From assembly GCA_944331895.1 (NCBI GenBank), contig CALVIX010000002.1, positions 97,099 to 161,098 on the forward strand: a stretch of 64,000 nt of DNA, written 5' to 3'. Within the stretch, counting starts at the first letter, position 1; the number at the start of each line of letters is the position of its first letter. A program made the translations under genes and the position numbers. Below the pieces are notes generated by a model. That model made no database searches. It was not told the DNA's origin and saw only the letters and a program-made list of their open reading frames with translations. Shown piece by piece: positions 8,205 through 16,917 of the stretch. The stretch is from an uncultured Bacilli bacterium (GTDB taxonomy: Bacteria > Bacillota_I > Bacilli_A > RF39 > UBA660).

Positions 8205-9545
8205 CTACCAACCCACCTTTGTGATACGTGCATACCCGTTATCATCGTTACCTGTTATTTTTTTCTTACTATTTTTAGGATCTGGCATCTTACTATCTCC
8301 ATCTATCATAACAATATCAGAAAATTTCATTCCAGAATAGTGTACTCCATTCTTTTCAAACACCAACTTATCTTCTGTAGCAGACTCTTTAATCGCTTTG
8401 CAATCGTCACATCCAGAAACATAAGAAGAAGCACCTCCAGCACCAGTAGGCGGATACCAATCTGTATCATTACAAGCACCACTATATGATCCCATATAAC
8501 CTCCGGCGCCACCTCCAAGACCATTTAAAGTAGTTAAACACCATATTCCATTGTCGCCAATCCCAAACTCATAACCTTCTGTTTGTGTCGAACCATAACC
8601 ATACGGCTTTAGGTGTGGCAATTCTACCTTACCATTTTTACCAGTGATAGTACCACCAGAACCGCTCGCTCCTGTTCCAGCATAAGAACTACCCGTATAA
8701 CCATATAAACGGCTCATTCCTCCGCCTCCAGCAGCAACCATAATTCTACTCTTTAATGAATCAAAATCATCCCATTCTCCAGAAACCAAACGAATATCAG
8801 TAGCTCCGCCACCTCCGCCTCCAGCGTTCATTTCAGAATCATCCATAGCATCTCCACCGCCGTTATATCCACCTTTACCTCCGGCAGATGGATAACCAAA
8901 TGCAGTAAATCTTAAATAATCCTTAACTTTTTGACCATTTTCTCCGCGTGAGCCAACTTGCAAATATAACTTAGTTCCTTTTTTTAGACGAATATCTCCA
9001 CTTACATATGCTCCTTTCCCATGTGCAACAGAAGTATCTAAAAAAGCAGTAGACTCACCTCCACGAGCTCCCCACAATTCTATCTTGTAAGTGGCAGTCT
9101 CTGGAACGATATAAACTTGTTCTGTTCCTATTGTGCTATATGACACATCTGGATGAGAAAATAAAAAACTAATTGTATTTTTCTTTTGATTGTAATTTTT
9201 AAATGTAATAATTCCATGATTCCATATACGAATCATTTCTTTTGTCTCCGTTATATGAAGGTATCCATTGATCCATCCTAATAACGGTAGTGTATCTACA
9301 AACTCTTTATTCTCATTATCCACAAGATACACTCTACTCCCTTTAATATAAAATAACCCCTCTTTTATATCCTTTTTATCCATAATTTCTCTAATGTTAT
9401 CAACAATATGTTTCATTTGAACATGATTCCATATTGTAAAACTGCTAATAATTACTAATATAGTACAAATAATTGCAATACATTCCTTTTTATAATTTTT
9501 GAAAAAAGAATATAAAAAAGAAGCATATTTTCTTAATTTATTCAT
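8205..9545 (-). CDS. Membrane-anchored protein with a glycine-rich (ALK/LTK-like Gly_rich) domain
   Basis: TYKIELWGARGG, GKGAYVSG.I.L, GGGGGATDIR, SRIMVAAGGGG, GGASSYVSG; N-terminal TM helix. Confidence 0.82.
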   Translation of the reverse strand: MNKLRKYASFLYSFFKNYKKECIAIICTILVIISSFTIWNHVQMKHIVDNIREIMDKKDIKEGLFYIKGSRVYLVDNENKEFVDTLPLLGWINGYLHITETKEMIRIWNHGIITFKNYNQKKNTISFLFSHPDVSYSTIGTEQVYIVPETATYKIELWGARGGESTAFLDTSVAHGKGAYVSGDIRLKKGTKLYLQVGSRGENGQKVKDYLRFTAFGYPSAGGKGGYNGGGDAMDDSEMNAGGGGGGATDIRLVSGEWDDFDSLKSRIMVAAGGGGMSRLYGYTGSSYAGTGASGSGGTITGKNGKVELPHLKPYGYGSTQTEGYEFGIGDNGIWCLTTLNGLGGGAGGYMGSYSGACNDTDWYPPTGAGGASSYVSGCDDCKAIKESATEDKLVFEKNGVHYSGMKFSDIVMIDGDSKMPDPKNSKKKITGNDDNGYARITKVGW

Positions 9546-9566
9546 AATATGCTCCTTTCTTGTTTA

Positions 9567-10160
9567 TTATTTCAATGTTTTTTGACTACCATTTAACATT
9601 TCAATTTTATCTTCTGAAATTACTGGCCCTGCCAAGGTCAAAGTTCCGTCAATTTCGACATATTTATTCCAAACTCCATTATCATCTTGTAAGTAGCTAG
9701 CAATGTAAGCAATTTCAATTCCAGCAAATTCATCAGAATAAGTCACTCCTTCATATGTAATGCTAGCTTCCCCATTCTCGTCCATTTCAGCAGGCCTAGC
9801 AAAGCGATTCTCATATTCTGTTGTATTTCCATCCTCGGTAGTGGCAGTGCTTTTATAAATATAAATCATAGACATCTCAGCATCTTCTAAAGCTAATTCA
9901 TCAGGTAATTTTTTTAAGTCTTCTACATTTATTCTAGTGCCTAAAGCCAATTGCTGTGTTTCTTCTTTAGACATTACGTCGCTAGGTAAATATGCCAATT
10001 TATCGTTTTGATCATTTGTGTCAGCCGGTTCTTCCACCTTATCATCTTTTGGAGTTTCTTCATTACCTCCACATCCTGCAAGACCTAAAGTCGTTGTAGT
10101 CGCAAGCAATGCAGCCAAAGCTTTTTTATACATTGCCTTCTTTTTTTCATTTGAAATCAT
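9567..10160 (-). CDS. Uncharacterised lipoprotein (paralog family)
   Basis: LGLAG-C lipobox; ends KIEMLNGSQKTLK; TTGACA-N16-TATAAT promoter and GGGAGG RBS. Confidence 0.82.
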   Translation of the reverse strand: MISNEKKKAMYKKALAALLATTTTLGLAGCGGNEETPKDDKVEEPADTNDQNDKLAYLPSDVMSKEETQQLALGTRINVEDLKKLPDELALEDAEMSMIYIYKSTATTEDGNTTEYENRFARPAEMDENGEASITYEGVTYSDEFAGIEIAYIASYLQDDNGVWNKYVEIDGTLTLAGPVISEDKIEMLNGSQKTLK

Positions 10161-10210
10161 TTTAATTTCCTCCCTTTATGCGACCTATTATACACAAATT
10201 TTAATGATTG

Positions 10211-12346
10211 TCAACTTTTACCTTGTGCTTTATTTACTGCTTCTTTATCTTGATCAGCAGGTTTATCTGCACAGCGATAGAAATTACCTACTCTTGCGTT
10301 AACACATGATCCTTTCGCGTCTAGTCTGTCATAATATGTCTTCAAAAAATCACTATAACATCTTGTACCAATAGATTTTCCAGTACTATCTGTGCCTTTA
10401 CATGTTAATTCAAAATCAGAAAACTCATGACTGGAATTATATTTTCTTATTTCGGAAATATCTGATGGTTCTAATGTAAATTCATATACAGGAGACGTAT
10501 TATACACATCGTCATTATTCTGGTTACGATTATTATGTATATACGTTGTTATATCTTCTGACGTCCAATTCACTCCAGCGTTTCTTACTTTTCCGTTGCG
10601 ATAATGGAATGGTTCTGATAGTGAAATAGGACGATACACTACATTTAATCCTGAAAACGGATCTCCTGGATCTTCTAGTTTTGGTGGATCATCATAATAT
10701 CCAGGCGGTGTGGTATCAGAAGGATCAGGACATTCACCTTCCGGACACGCAATTCTATTTTTAACTCTATAAACACATGTATACAAACGATCTCCACCAA
10801 ATACAACCGGCATATTATAAGTTAGACTTATCGGATATACACCTGTCGGAGTTTGATAATGTACTGGGTAATTAGAAAATCCCACATCGATATAATTTCC
10901 AGATTCTAATACTGATGGTTTTAATTGACTTGCGTGTTGTACATTTCCATTTGGCTTTTCAGTATACTGATAAAAACCATCTGGCATTTCGTATTTATAC
11001 TCTGTCGTGATTTTTCCTTTTACCTTGTACTTTGCCCATTTAACATATTCGGTTTCTATAATATCTTGGTAAATATTTCCCCAGTTCCAACTTGTAGCTA
11101 TGAGAGCAGCAGGACTTGATACACCATCAACCTGTGATCTAATAGATGGCAAATTTTGCTTACCATTTGTTACATACACAGTACCGCTCGCATCTTCGGT
11201 ATATTTAGGTCCAGATACCACTTTAGTTGTTAATCGTAAATTTTTTGCATCATTATATTTCCCCATCGGTTCATTATAATGAACAATCGTTCTTGGATCC
11301 TCTGCTTGTTTATACAAGTATTCGAAGCCATTATCATTACAAGCTTCCAATTTGCTTGGCAATCCTTCAGGATTTAGTTTAGACAAAGTATTAACTGCGT
11401 CACGATAAACATTAAACCAGTAATTGTCAAATGTTGCATCGTCCCAATATGGTTTAGATATTGAACAGTATCGTTTTGTTGTAGTAGGATGACAGGTATT
11501 AGCAGTATCTCCGCATTGTACATTAGTGTAAGTATGAATTGTTCCTTTTTGGCTTGTATAATCTTTTACACAATATTTTGTCACTGTTGTCGGAGTTTCT
11601 TTCACACATACAGAACCTCCATTTGCATTCTTGCCTACTTTGAATCCTGGACATCTGTATTCACACCCTTGACTCGCATCTTCTGGATTCAAACATTGAG
11701 TAAGTGGTAAGGTTTCTCTGATCGGTTCACCTGCAACCTGCCATGTTTGTCCTACCCCAGATGGGAGCCTACTTGATTGAGGATCAGTCTTAGCAAATTC
11801 ATCAATAAGAGCAAGTTGCGAAAGATATCCAACATAAGAGGTTGTCTCGACTAGAAACTCAGACAAGTTTACTTCACGGCAATTGCTAGAATAATTCCGA
11901 ATCTCGCAAGTTTTTCCAGTATCACGATCAGACTGATATTGGTGCGCTTCTTTAGCAATCATACGCAGTGCTTCTTTTAATTTTGCTACTGCGTCAGTCC
12001 AATCCTTATACCATTGATCATAATAAATTTCGGTTTCACATACCATTTCAGTTTTTATCCGAATTTCTTCCCATTGAAATTGACCTCCGGCATTTACTGT
12101 TTGATCAACATTTACCGTCTGCACTGTATTAGGAAAGCTTGTTGTCCCCTTTGGAGTACAAGTAGTTTTACAATAATCATTAGGGTTATAGACTTTCGTT
12201 TTCCCAGTAAAGGTTTTTGGGGTTTCGCATAGTTCATCTTCTGGAACAGATGATGCTTTTACATTTGCCATACTTTCAACTGTAATATAATAACCAAAGC
12301 CAATGATAGAAATCACGACTACAATACCTGTTATAATTTTTTTCAT
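10211..12346 (-). CDS. Large cysteine-rich exported protein of unknown function (711 aa)
   Basis: Signal-like N-terminus MKKIITGIVVVISII; about 22 Cys; Thr/Tyr rich; start 1 nt after upstream stop. Confidence 0.8.
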   Translation of the reverse strand: MKKIITGIVVVISIIGFGYYITVESMANVKASSVPEDELCETPKTFTGKTKVYNPNDYCKTTCTPKGTTSFPNTVQTVNVDQTVNAGGQFQWEEIRIKTEMVCETEIYYDQWYKDWTDAVAKLKEALRMIAKEAHQYQSDRDTGKTCEIRNYSSNCREVNLSEFLVETTSYVGYLSQLALIDEFAKTDPQSSRLPSGVGQTWQVAGEPIRETLPLTQCLNPEDASQGCEYRCPGFKVGKNANGGSVCVKETPTTVTKYCVKDYTSQKGTIHTYTNVQCGDTANTCHPTTTKRYCSISKPYWDDATFDNYWFNVYRDAVNTLSKLNPEGLPSKLEACNDNGFEYLYKQAEDPRTIVHYNEPMGKYNDAKNLRLTTKVVSGPKYTEDASGTVYVTNGKQNLPSIRSQVDGVSSPAALIATSWNWGNIYQDIIETEYVKWAKYKVKGKITTEYKYEMPDGFYQYTEKPNGNVQHASQLKPSVLESGNYIDVGFSNYPVHYQTPTGVYPISLTYNMPVVFGGDRLYTCVYRVKNRIACPEGECPDPSDTTPPGYYDDPPKLEDPGDPFSGLNVVYRPISLSEPFHYRNGKVRNAGVNWTSEDITTYIHNNRNQNNDDVYNTSPVYEFTLEPSDISEIRKYNSSHEFSDFELTCKGTDSTGKSIGTRCYSDFLKTYYDRLDAKGSCVNARVGNFYRCADKPADQDKEAVNKAQGKS

Positions 12347-12347
12347 T

Positions 12348-13079
12348 TTACCACCCATTCGTTTTTTCATTTCTTTTTTCATTATATATCAGTACGCCAC
12401 ATATAATTATGATCAATGTTAAAGGAATATAATAATACTTTGTGTACCATGAAATAAATTGTTCTAATAATGTTAATGTTTGTTTTTTTTCTTCTTGTTC
12501 TTCAATAACTTTTTTAGTTTTATATTCCATTACTTGTTTTTCAAATTCGTCCTTTGATAACTCATGTTTCTGCCATTTGAAACACATATCATAGTCATCT
12601 AACCCATCACATACCGGTAAATTGTAATACGGGTTATATGTTGGGAGTGTTACGTAGATGCGTTTTAATTCAATATTGGCACAAGCGTCGGCATACACAG
12701 AAATATATTCTTTCTCAACCCACGTCCCATTTGTATATTCTGTATAAGTAAAAACTTTCGCTGGAACAGTAGATGCTTTTACCGAAAAGGAATAAGTTTT
12801 CCCAGCGTCTAATCCATCGATTACCATCTCACTAGTATTTGTATAAGTTTTTCCTGTACTCAAATCCTGCAGTATCACATGTTCTGAAATATTTGTGAAA
12901 CGAATACTAAATTTTACTGTATTATTTGTTTCAGTATAATTATAATCAAAACGTATGTTATTGGCATACTGTTTCAGCTTTGATAATTGTTGATAATCAC
13001 AGTCGGCTGCCTTAACTCCGCATGGTAAGATACCCAAACATAAAAAACTTAAAATCAAATAAATTTTCCACTTTTTCAT
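12348..13079 (-). CDS. Exported protein with C-terminal membrane anchor
   Basis: Signal peptide ..GVKA, Cys pairs, C-terminal TM plus basic tail; GAGGGG RBS. Confidence 0.8.
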   Translation of the reverse strand: MKKWKIYLILSFLCLGILPCGVKAADCDYQQLSKLKQYANNIRFDYNYTETNNTVKFSIRFTNISEHVILQDLSTGKTYTNTSEMVIDGLDAGKTYSFSVKASTVPAKVFTYTEYTNGTWVEKEYISVYADACANIELKRIYVTLPTYNPYYNLPVCDGLDDYDMCFKWQKHELSKDEFEKQVMEYKTKKVIEEQEEKKQTLTLLEQFISWYTKYYYIPLTLIIIICGVLIYNEKRNEKTNGW

Positions 13080-13186
13080 CGTTACCCCTCGCCTGATTCT
13101 CTATATCATTATACCTGCTATAGTGTCTAAAAGTCAATACAACATTTCGATTTCATTAAAAAATTCTAGACTATGCTAGAACTTTT

Positions 13187-14284
13187 TTATTTTTTTGATT
13201 TTTTTTGAATTGTTTTTTCTTTTTCGTCTTTACCTTCTTTGATTTCTTCGTATTTATCTACGATATCTTCACGGAAGAATTTATATGTAGCGATCAGTAA
13301 AATCGCGCATGGCAATGAAAGTATGATACCCGTAACACCAAATAAAATTCCTCCGGCAAATACAGACATAATAACGATGATTGGATGAACTTCGTTCGTC
13401 TTACCATAGACAAGTGGGTTGATCAAATATCCGTCTAAACTAGATAACACTAGAAAGGCAATAATTGTTTTAATGAATAAAACTGGGCCTGATACAAACG
13501 CAGTAATCACAGCGATACAGTTAACGACAATTCCTCCGAAATATGGAATCAATGTGGCAACTGCTGCTAAGAAACCTAATAATAATGCATTTGGATGCCC
13601 TATGATATAGAACGCTAATGTATATTCAATTAAAGAGATAAAGATGATCTTAACAAAGCCTGTTAAATAATTGTGCATTTCATGATCTAGAGTTTGGACA
13701 TAGCGAAATGCACGCGTTGAAGTTTTCTTTAAGAATTTTCTAACGCTTTCACGAATGCGATCCATATCAATTAGGAAATAAATGAATGCTGAAAAGGAAA
13801 TGACGATCGCAGATATAACAGATAGAGAAACTCCGATTACGGATAAAGCTCCATCAGATACATATTTTCCTAAATTCACGATAATCTCTTTGAATGTTTT
13901 AGATAGTGAATCTTGTAGTGGTCCTACGTTCCAATCGTAATTGATAGACATCTCTTTCAAGAATGAAATGATGCTACTGAATAAACTAGATAGTTGATCG
14001 AATAATAATGGTGCGATCAAAATTGCCGTAATTGCAAATAAACTTACGATGATGGCAACAACTGCAAAAATTGCAATTGATTTTGGAAAGCCTTTTTCCT
14101 CTAGATATTTCACTGCTGGATAAAAAGCATAGGCAATGATAAAAGAAAAGAAGAATGGCAATGTAATTGCAATAATTTTATCTGTTACTCCCATCCATAA
14201 CTTACCGGTATGATATAAAAGATAAATGATACCGGCAATGAGTGCAATATTTACTAATTTATAGTCAATTTTATTTTTTAACAT
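13187..14284 (-). CDS. AI-2E (PerM/YubA) family transporter
   Basis: Multi-TM; PFFFSFIIAY.FYP, LIPYFG, GYLINPLVYG...VHP, GIILSLP. Confidence 0.9.
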   Translation of the reverse strand: MLKNKIDYKLVNIALIAGIIYLLYHTGKLWMGVTDKIIAITLPFFFSFIIAYAFYPAVKYLEEKGFPKSIAIFAVVAIIVSLFAITAILIAPLLFDQLSSLFSSIISFLKEMSINYDWNVGPLQDSLSKTFKEIIVNLGKYVSDGALSVIGVSLSVISAIVISFSAFIYFLIDMDRIRESVRKFLKKTSTRAFRYVQTLDHEMHNYLTGFVKIIFISLIEYTLAFYIIGHPNALLLGFLAAVATLIPYFGGIVVNCIAVITAFVSGPVLFIKTIIAFLVLSSLDGYLINPLVYGKTNEVHPIIVIMSVFAGGILFGVTGIILSLPCAILLIATYKFFREDIVDKYEEIKEGKDEKEKTIQKKSKK

Positions 14285-14729
14285 GCCACTCCTCACTTTC
14301 TAACACTATCGTAATTGGTCCATCATTGGTAATAGAGACTTTCATATCCGCACCAAATATACCGGTGCTGACATTTATATTATGATCTTTTAACAATAAA
14401 TTAAACTGATCGTATAGATGAATCGCTTCGTCCCCTCTCAAAGCTTTCATATAGCTAGGTCTTCTTCCTTTTTTCGTATCGGCATATAAAGTAAATTGTG
14501 AAATACTCAAAACTTCTCCACCGACATCTAATAAGGAACGATTCATAACTCCATTTTCATCATCAAAGATACGAAGATGAATGATTTTATCGACCATTTT
14601 TTTAATATCCTCTATAGTATCATCATATGTAAATCCAACGAGAATTACAAGTCCTTTTTCGATTTCTCCAACAATTTTACCATCTACCTTGACATTAGAT
14701 TGTAAACTTCTCTGTATAACTGTTCTCAT
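14271..14729 (-). CDS. dtd: D-aminoacyl-tRNA deacylase
   Basis: MRTVIQR, SQFTL, FGADM.VS..NDGP.T; TAATG coupling with rel. Confidence 0.97.
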   Translation of the reverse strand: MRTVIQRSLQSNVKVDGKIVGEIEKGLVILVGFTYDDTIEDIKKMVDKIIHLRIFDDENGVMNRSLLDVGGEVLSISQFTLYADTKKGRRPSYMKALRGDEAIHLYDQFNLLLKDHNINVSTGIFGADMKVSITNDGPITIVLESEEWHVKK

Positions 14730-16897
14730 TATTGCATCCATCTTTCTACATCGCGAACTTCAGAAATACTTCTGATGTCGTTCATAAATTTATCTAATTG
14801 TTCTTTATTGGAAAGAATGACTGTTATTTTATATAAAAATCCATCGTTTGTATGAAGTGTCTGTATTCCTTGCACAGTAACATTCGTATTACTCGTCTTA
14901 GAAATAATATCTAAAAGTACATTCTTTTCTTCTATCGCATGTACTAAGACAGTTGTTGGATATTTCTTTTGGATCTCTTCGTTCCAATGGACAGAAATCA
15001 TTCTTTCGTGTAAATCGTGAATATTTGGACAACTCATACGATGAACTGTAATTCCATTTCCTTTCGTTATATATCCAGCAATTGGATCTCCTGGAATTGG
15101 CTTACAACAACTTGCGATATTTACTTTAATCTCATCGATCCCATCGACGACGATATCGTTTTTAATCGTCGGTACGTATACTTTATTGTTTTGTGTCCTC
15201 TTTAAAATGAGTTCTTCCTTGGTCTCTGTCTCGTTAAAAATAATGTTTAACAGAGTTCCAACAGGCAGTTTCCCATTTCCCACGTTAATATAAACTTCAT
15301 TTAACGTATCATATTTTAATTCTTTCAGTATCTTTTGTTCGTTCTCATCCGTGAAAAAGTCACCAAACGCGATCTTTCTCTTACGCAACTCTTTGTTAAT
15401 TGCCTCTTCTCCACGTTTCAAGTAATCTTCTTTATCGATACGATGGAAAAATGCACGAATTTTATTTTTCGCTTGGGCTGTATGTGCGATATTTAACCAT
15501 TCTTTACTAGGCCCAGGAGAGTTTTTACTCGTATTGATTTTAACGATATCATTATCTTTTAATTCGTAATCCAAAGGAACGATATTATTATTGACGATGG
15601 CTCCTACCATCTGATCTCCAACTTTACTGTGAACGCGATAAGCAAAATCAATTGGCGTACTTCCTTTCGATAATTCAATTACATCCCCCTGTGGAGTAAA
15701 TACATATACATTTTCTTTTAAAACTTCATCAGCAACAGAGTTTGCGATTTCTTCTTCGCTTGCTCCCTCTTGCTTCAATTCCATAAGAGAACGAAAGAAT
15801 TGCAACTTTTGTTCCATCGCATTTTGCAAACTTGCCTTCGTGCTACTTCCTTTTTCTTTATATGACCAATGTGATGCGATACCGTTTTCAGCCACCATAT
15901 CCATCTCGTAAGTACGAATCTGAATTTCGAATAGTTGTTCATCTACCCCGAATACTGTCGTATGTAGAGATTGATACATATTGGTCTTCGGCATGGCAAT
16001 ATAGTCTTTAAAACGTTTTGGCTTCGGCTTAAATTTCGAATGAATAATTCCTAGTACTTGATAACATTCAGCTTCGGTATCTACAAATACACGTAGGGCA
16101 AGTAAATCATAGATGTCGCTAAATTTCTTCCCTTTATCGAGTTTCTTATAGATACTATAGATACTTTTCGCTCTTCCCTTGATCTTATGTGGAATATTTG
16201 CCTCGTCCAACATCTTATGAATACTCTCTATCATATCCGTAACATACTGGTCACGCTCTTGTTTCGTTTGATTTAACTGTTCGACGATAGAAAAATATAC
16301 ATCCGGTTTTAAATAGCGGAGAGATAAGTCCTCTAACTCACTTTTAATGTGATTCATACCTAAACGGTGCGCAATCGGTGTCAAGATATCGAGCGTCTCT
16401 TTTGCTTTTTCTTTTTGCGACTTCTCAGGAAGTGCCCAAAGAGTTCTCATGTTGTGAAGGCGATCTGCCATTTTTACAAAGATGACACGCACATCTTCCG
16501 AAAGCCCAACCAAAATCTTTCTATGGTTCGCAATCAAAGACTGTGTATCTCCTTCAAAGTTCAAACGATTGATCACGGTAACTCCTTCGATGATCGAAAC
16601 GATATCTTCTCCAAACGTTTCTTTCAAATAAGGTAGGGCATCATCGTTTTCCTCTAACAAGTCGTGCATAAGCCCTGCACAAATCGTCGCACAGTCTGCA
16701 TTCATATGCGAGAGAATATAAGCGACAGAAAGAGGATGCTCGATGTAATCCTCTCCTGTTAAGCGTAGTTCTCCCATATGACACTCTTTCGCAAACTCAT
16801 AGGCTTTTTTTATGAGCGCGATATCTTCCTCTTTCATATATTTTTTACACTCTTGTTCTAACTTCTCATACGTTACGTTAGAATCTTTTTTCGTCAT
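14729..16897 (-). CDS. relA: Bifunctional (p)ppGpp synthetase/hydrolase Rel
   Basis: HD domain, ADRLHNMRTL, RFKDYIAMPK.NMYQSLHT, TGS (TPIDFAY..H), ZFD CCKPIPGD, ACT. Confidence 0.97.
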   Translation of the reverse strand: MTKKDSNVTYEKLEQECKKYMKEEDIALIKKAYEFAKECHMGELRLTGEDYIEHPLSVAYILSHMNADCATICAGLMHDLLEENDDALPYLKETFGEDIVSIIEGVTVINRLNFEGDTQSLIANHRKILVGLSEDVRVIFVKMADRLHNMRTLWALPEKSQKEKAKETLDILTPIAHRLGMNHIKSELEDLSLRYLKPDVYFSIVEQLNQTKQERDQYVTDMIESIHKMLDEANIPHKIKGRAKSIYSIYKKLDKGKKFSDIYDLLALRVFVDTEAECYQVLGIIHSKFKPKPKRFKDYIAMPKTNMYQSLHTTVFGVDEQLFEIQIRTYEMDMVAENGIASHWSYKEKGSSTKASLQNAMEQKLQFFRSLMELKQEGASEEEIANSVADEVLKENVYVFTPQGDVIELSKGSTPIDFAYRVHSKVGDQMVGAIVNNNIVPLDYELKDNDIVKINTSKNSPGPSKEWLNIAHTAQAKNKIRAFFHRIDKEDYLKRGEEAINKELRKRKIAFGDFFTDENEQKILKELKYDTLNEVYINVGNGKLPVGTLLNIIFNETETKEELILKRTQNNKVYVPTIKNDIVVDGIDEIKVNIASCCKPIPGDPIAGYITKGNGITVHRMSCPNIHDLHERMISVHWNEEIQKKYPTTVLVHAIEEKNVLLDIISKTSNTNVTVQGIQTLHTNDGFLYKITVILSNKEQLDKFMNDIRSISEVRDVERWMQ

Positions 16898-16917
16898 TTA
16901 TAACACCCTCTATTCGT

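Noticed and set aside
12241-12782. 22-bp near-identical direct repeat (20/22) at 12241-12262 and 12761-12782 encoding VKAS(S/T)VP in adjacent genes
   Set aside because: Single short match with no extended homology; could be chance in AT-rich DNA
5706-13079. Possible prophage or secretion-system remnant
   Set aside because: No integrase, terminase, capsid, tail, ATPase or WXG/T7SS motifs recognised
16640-16680. Rel hydrolase motif reads HDLLEEND instead of HDxxED
   Set aside because: HD is intact and acidic residues are nearby; not enough to call the hydrolase dead
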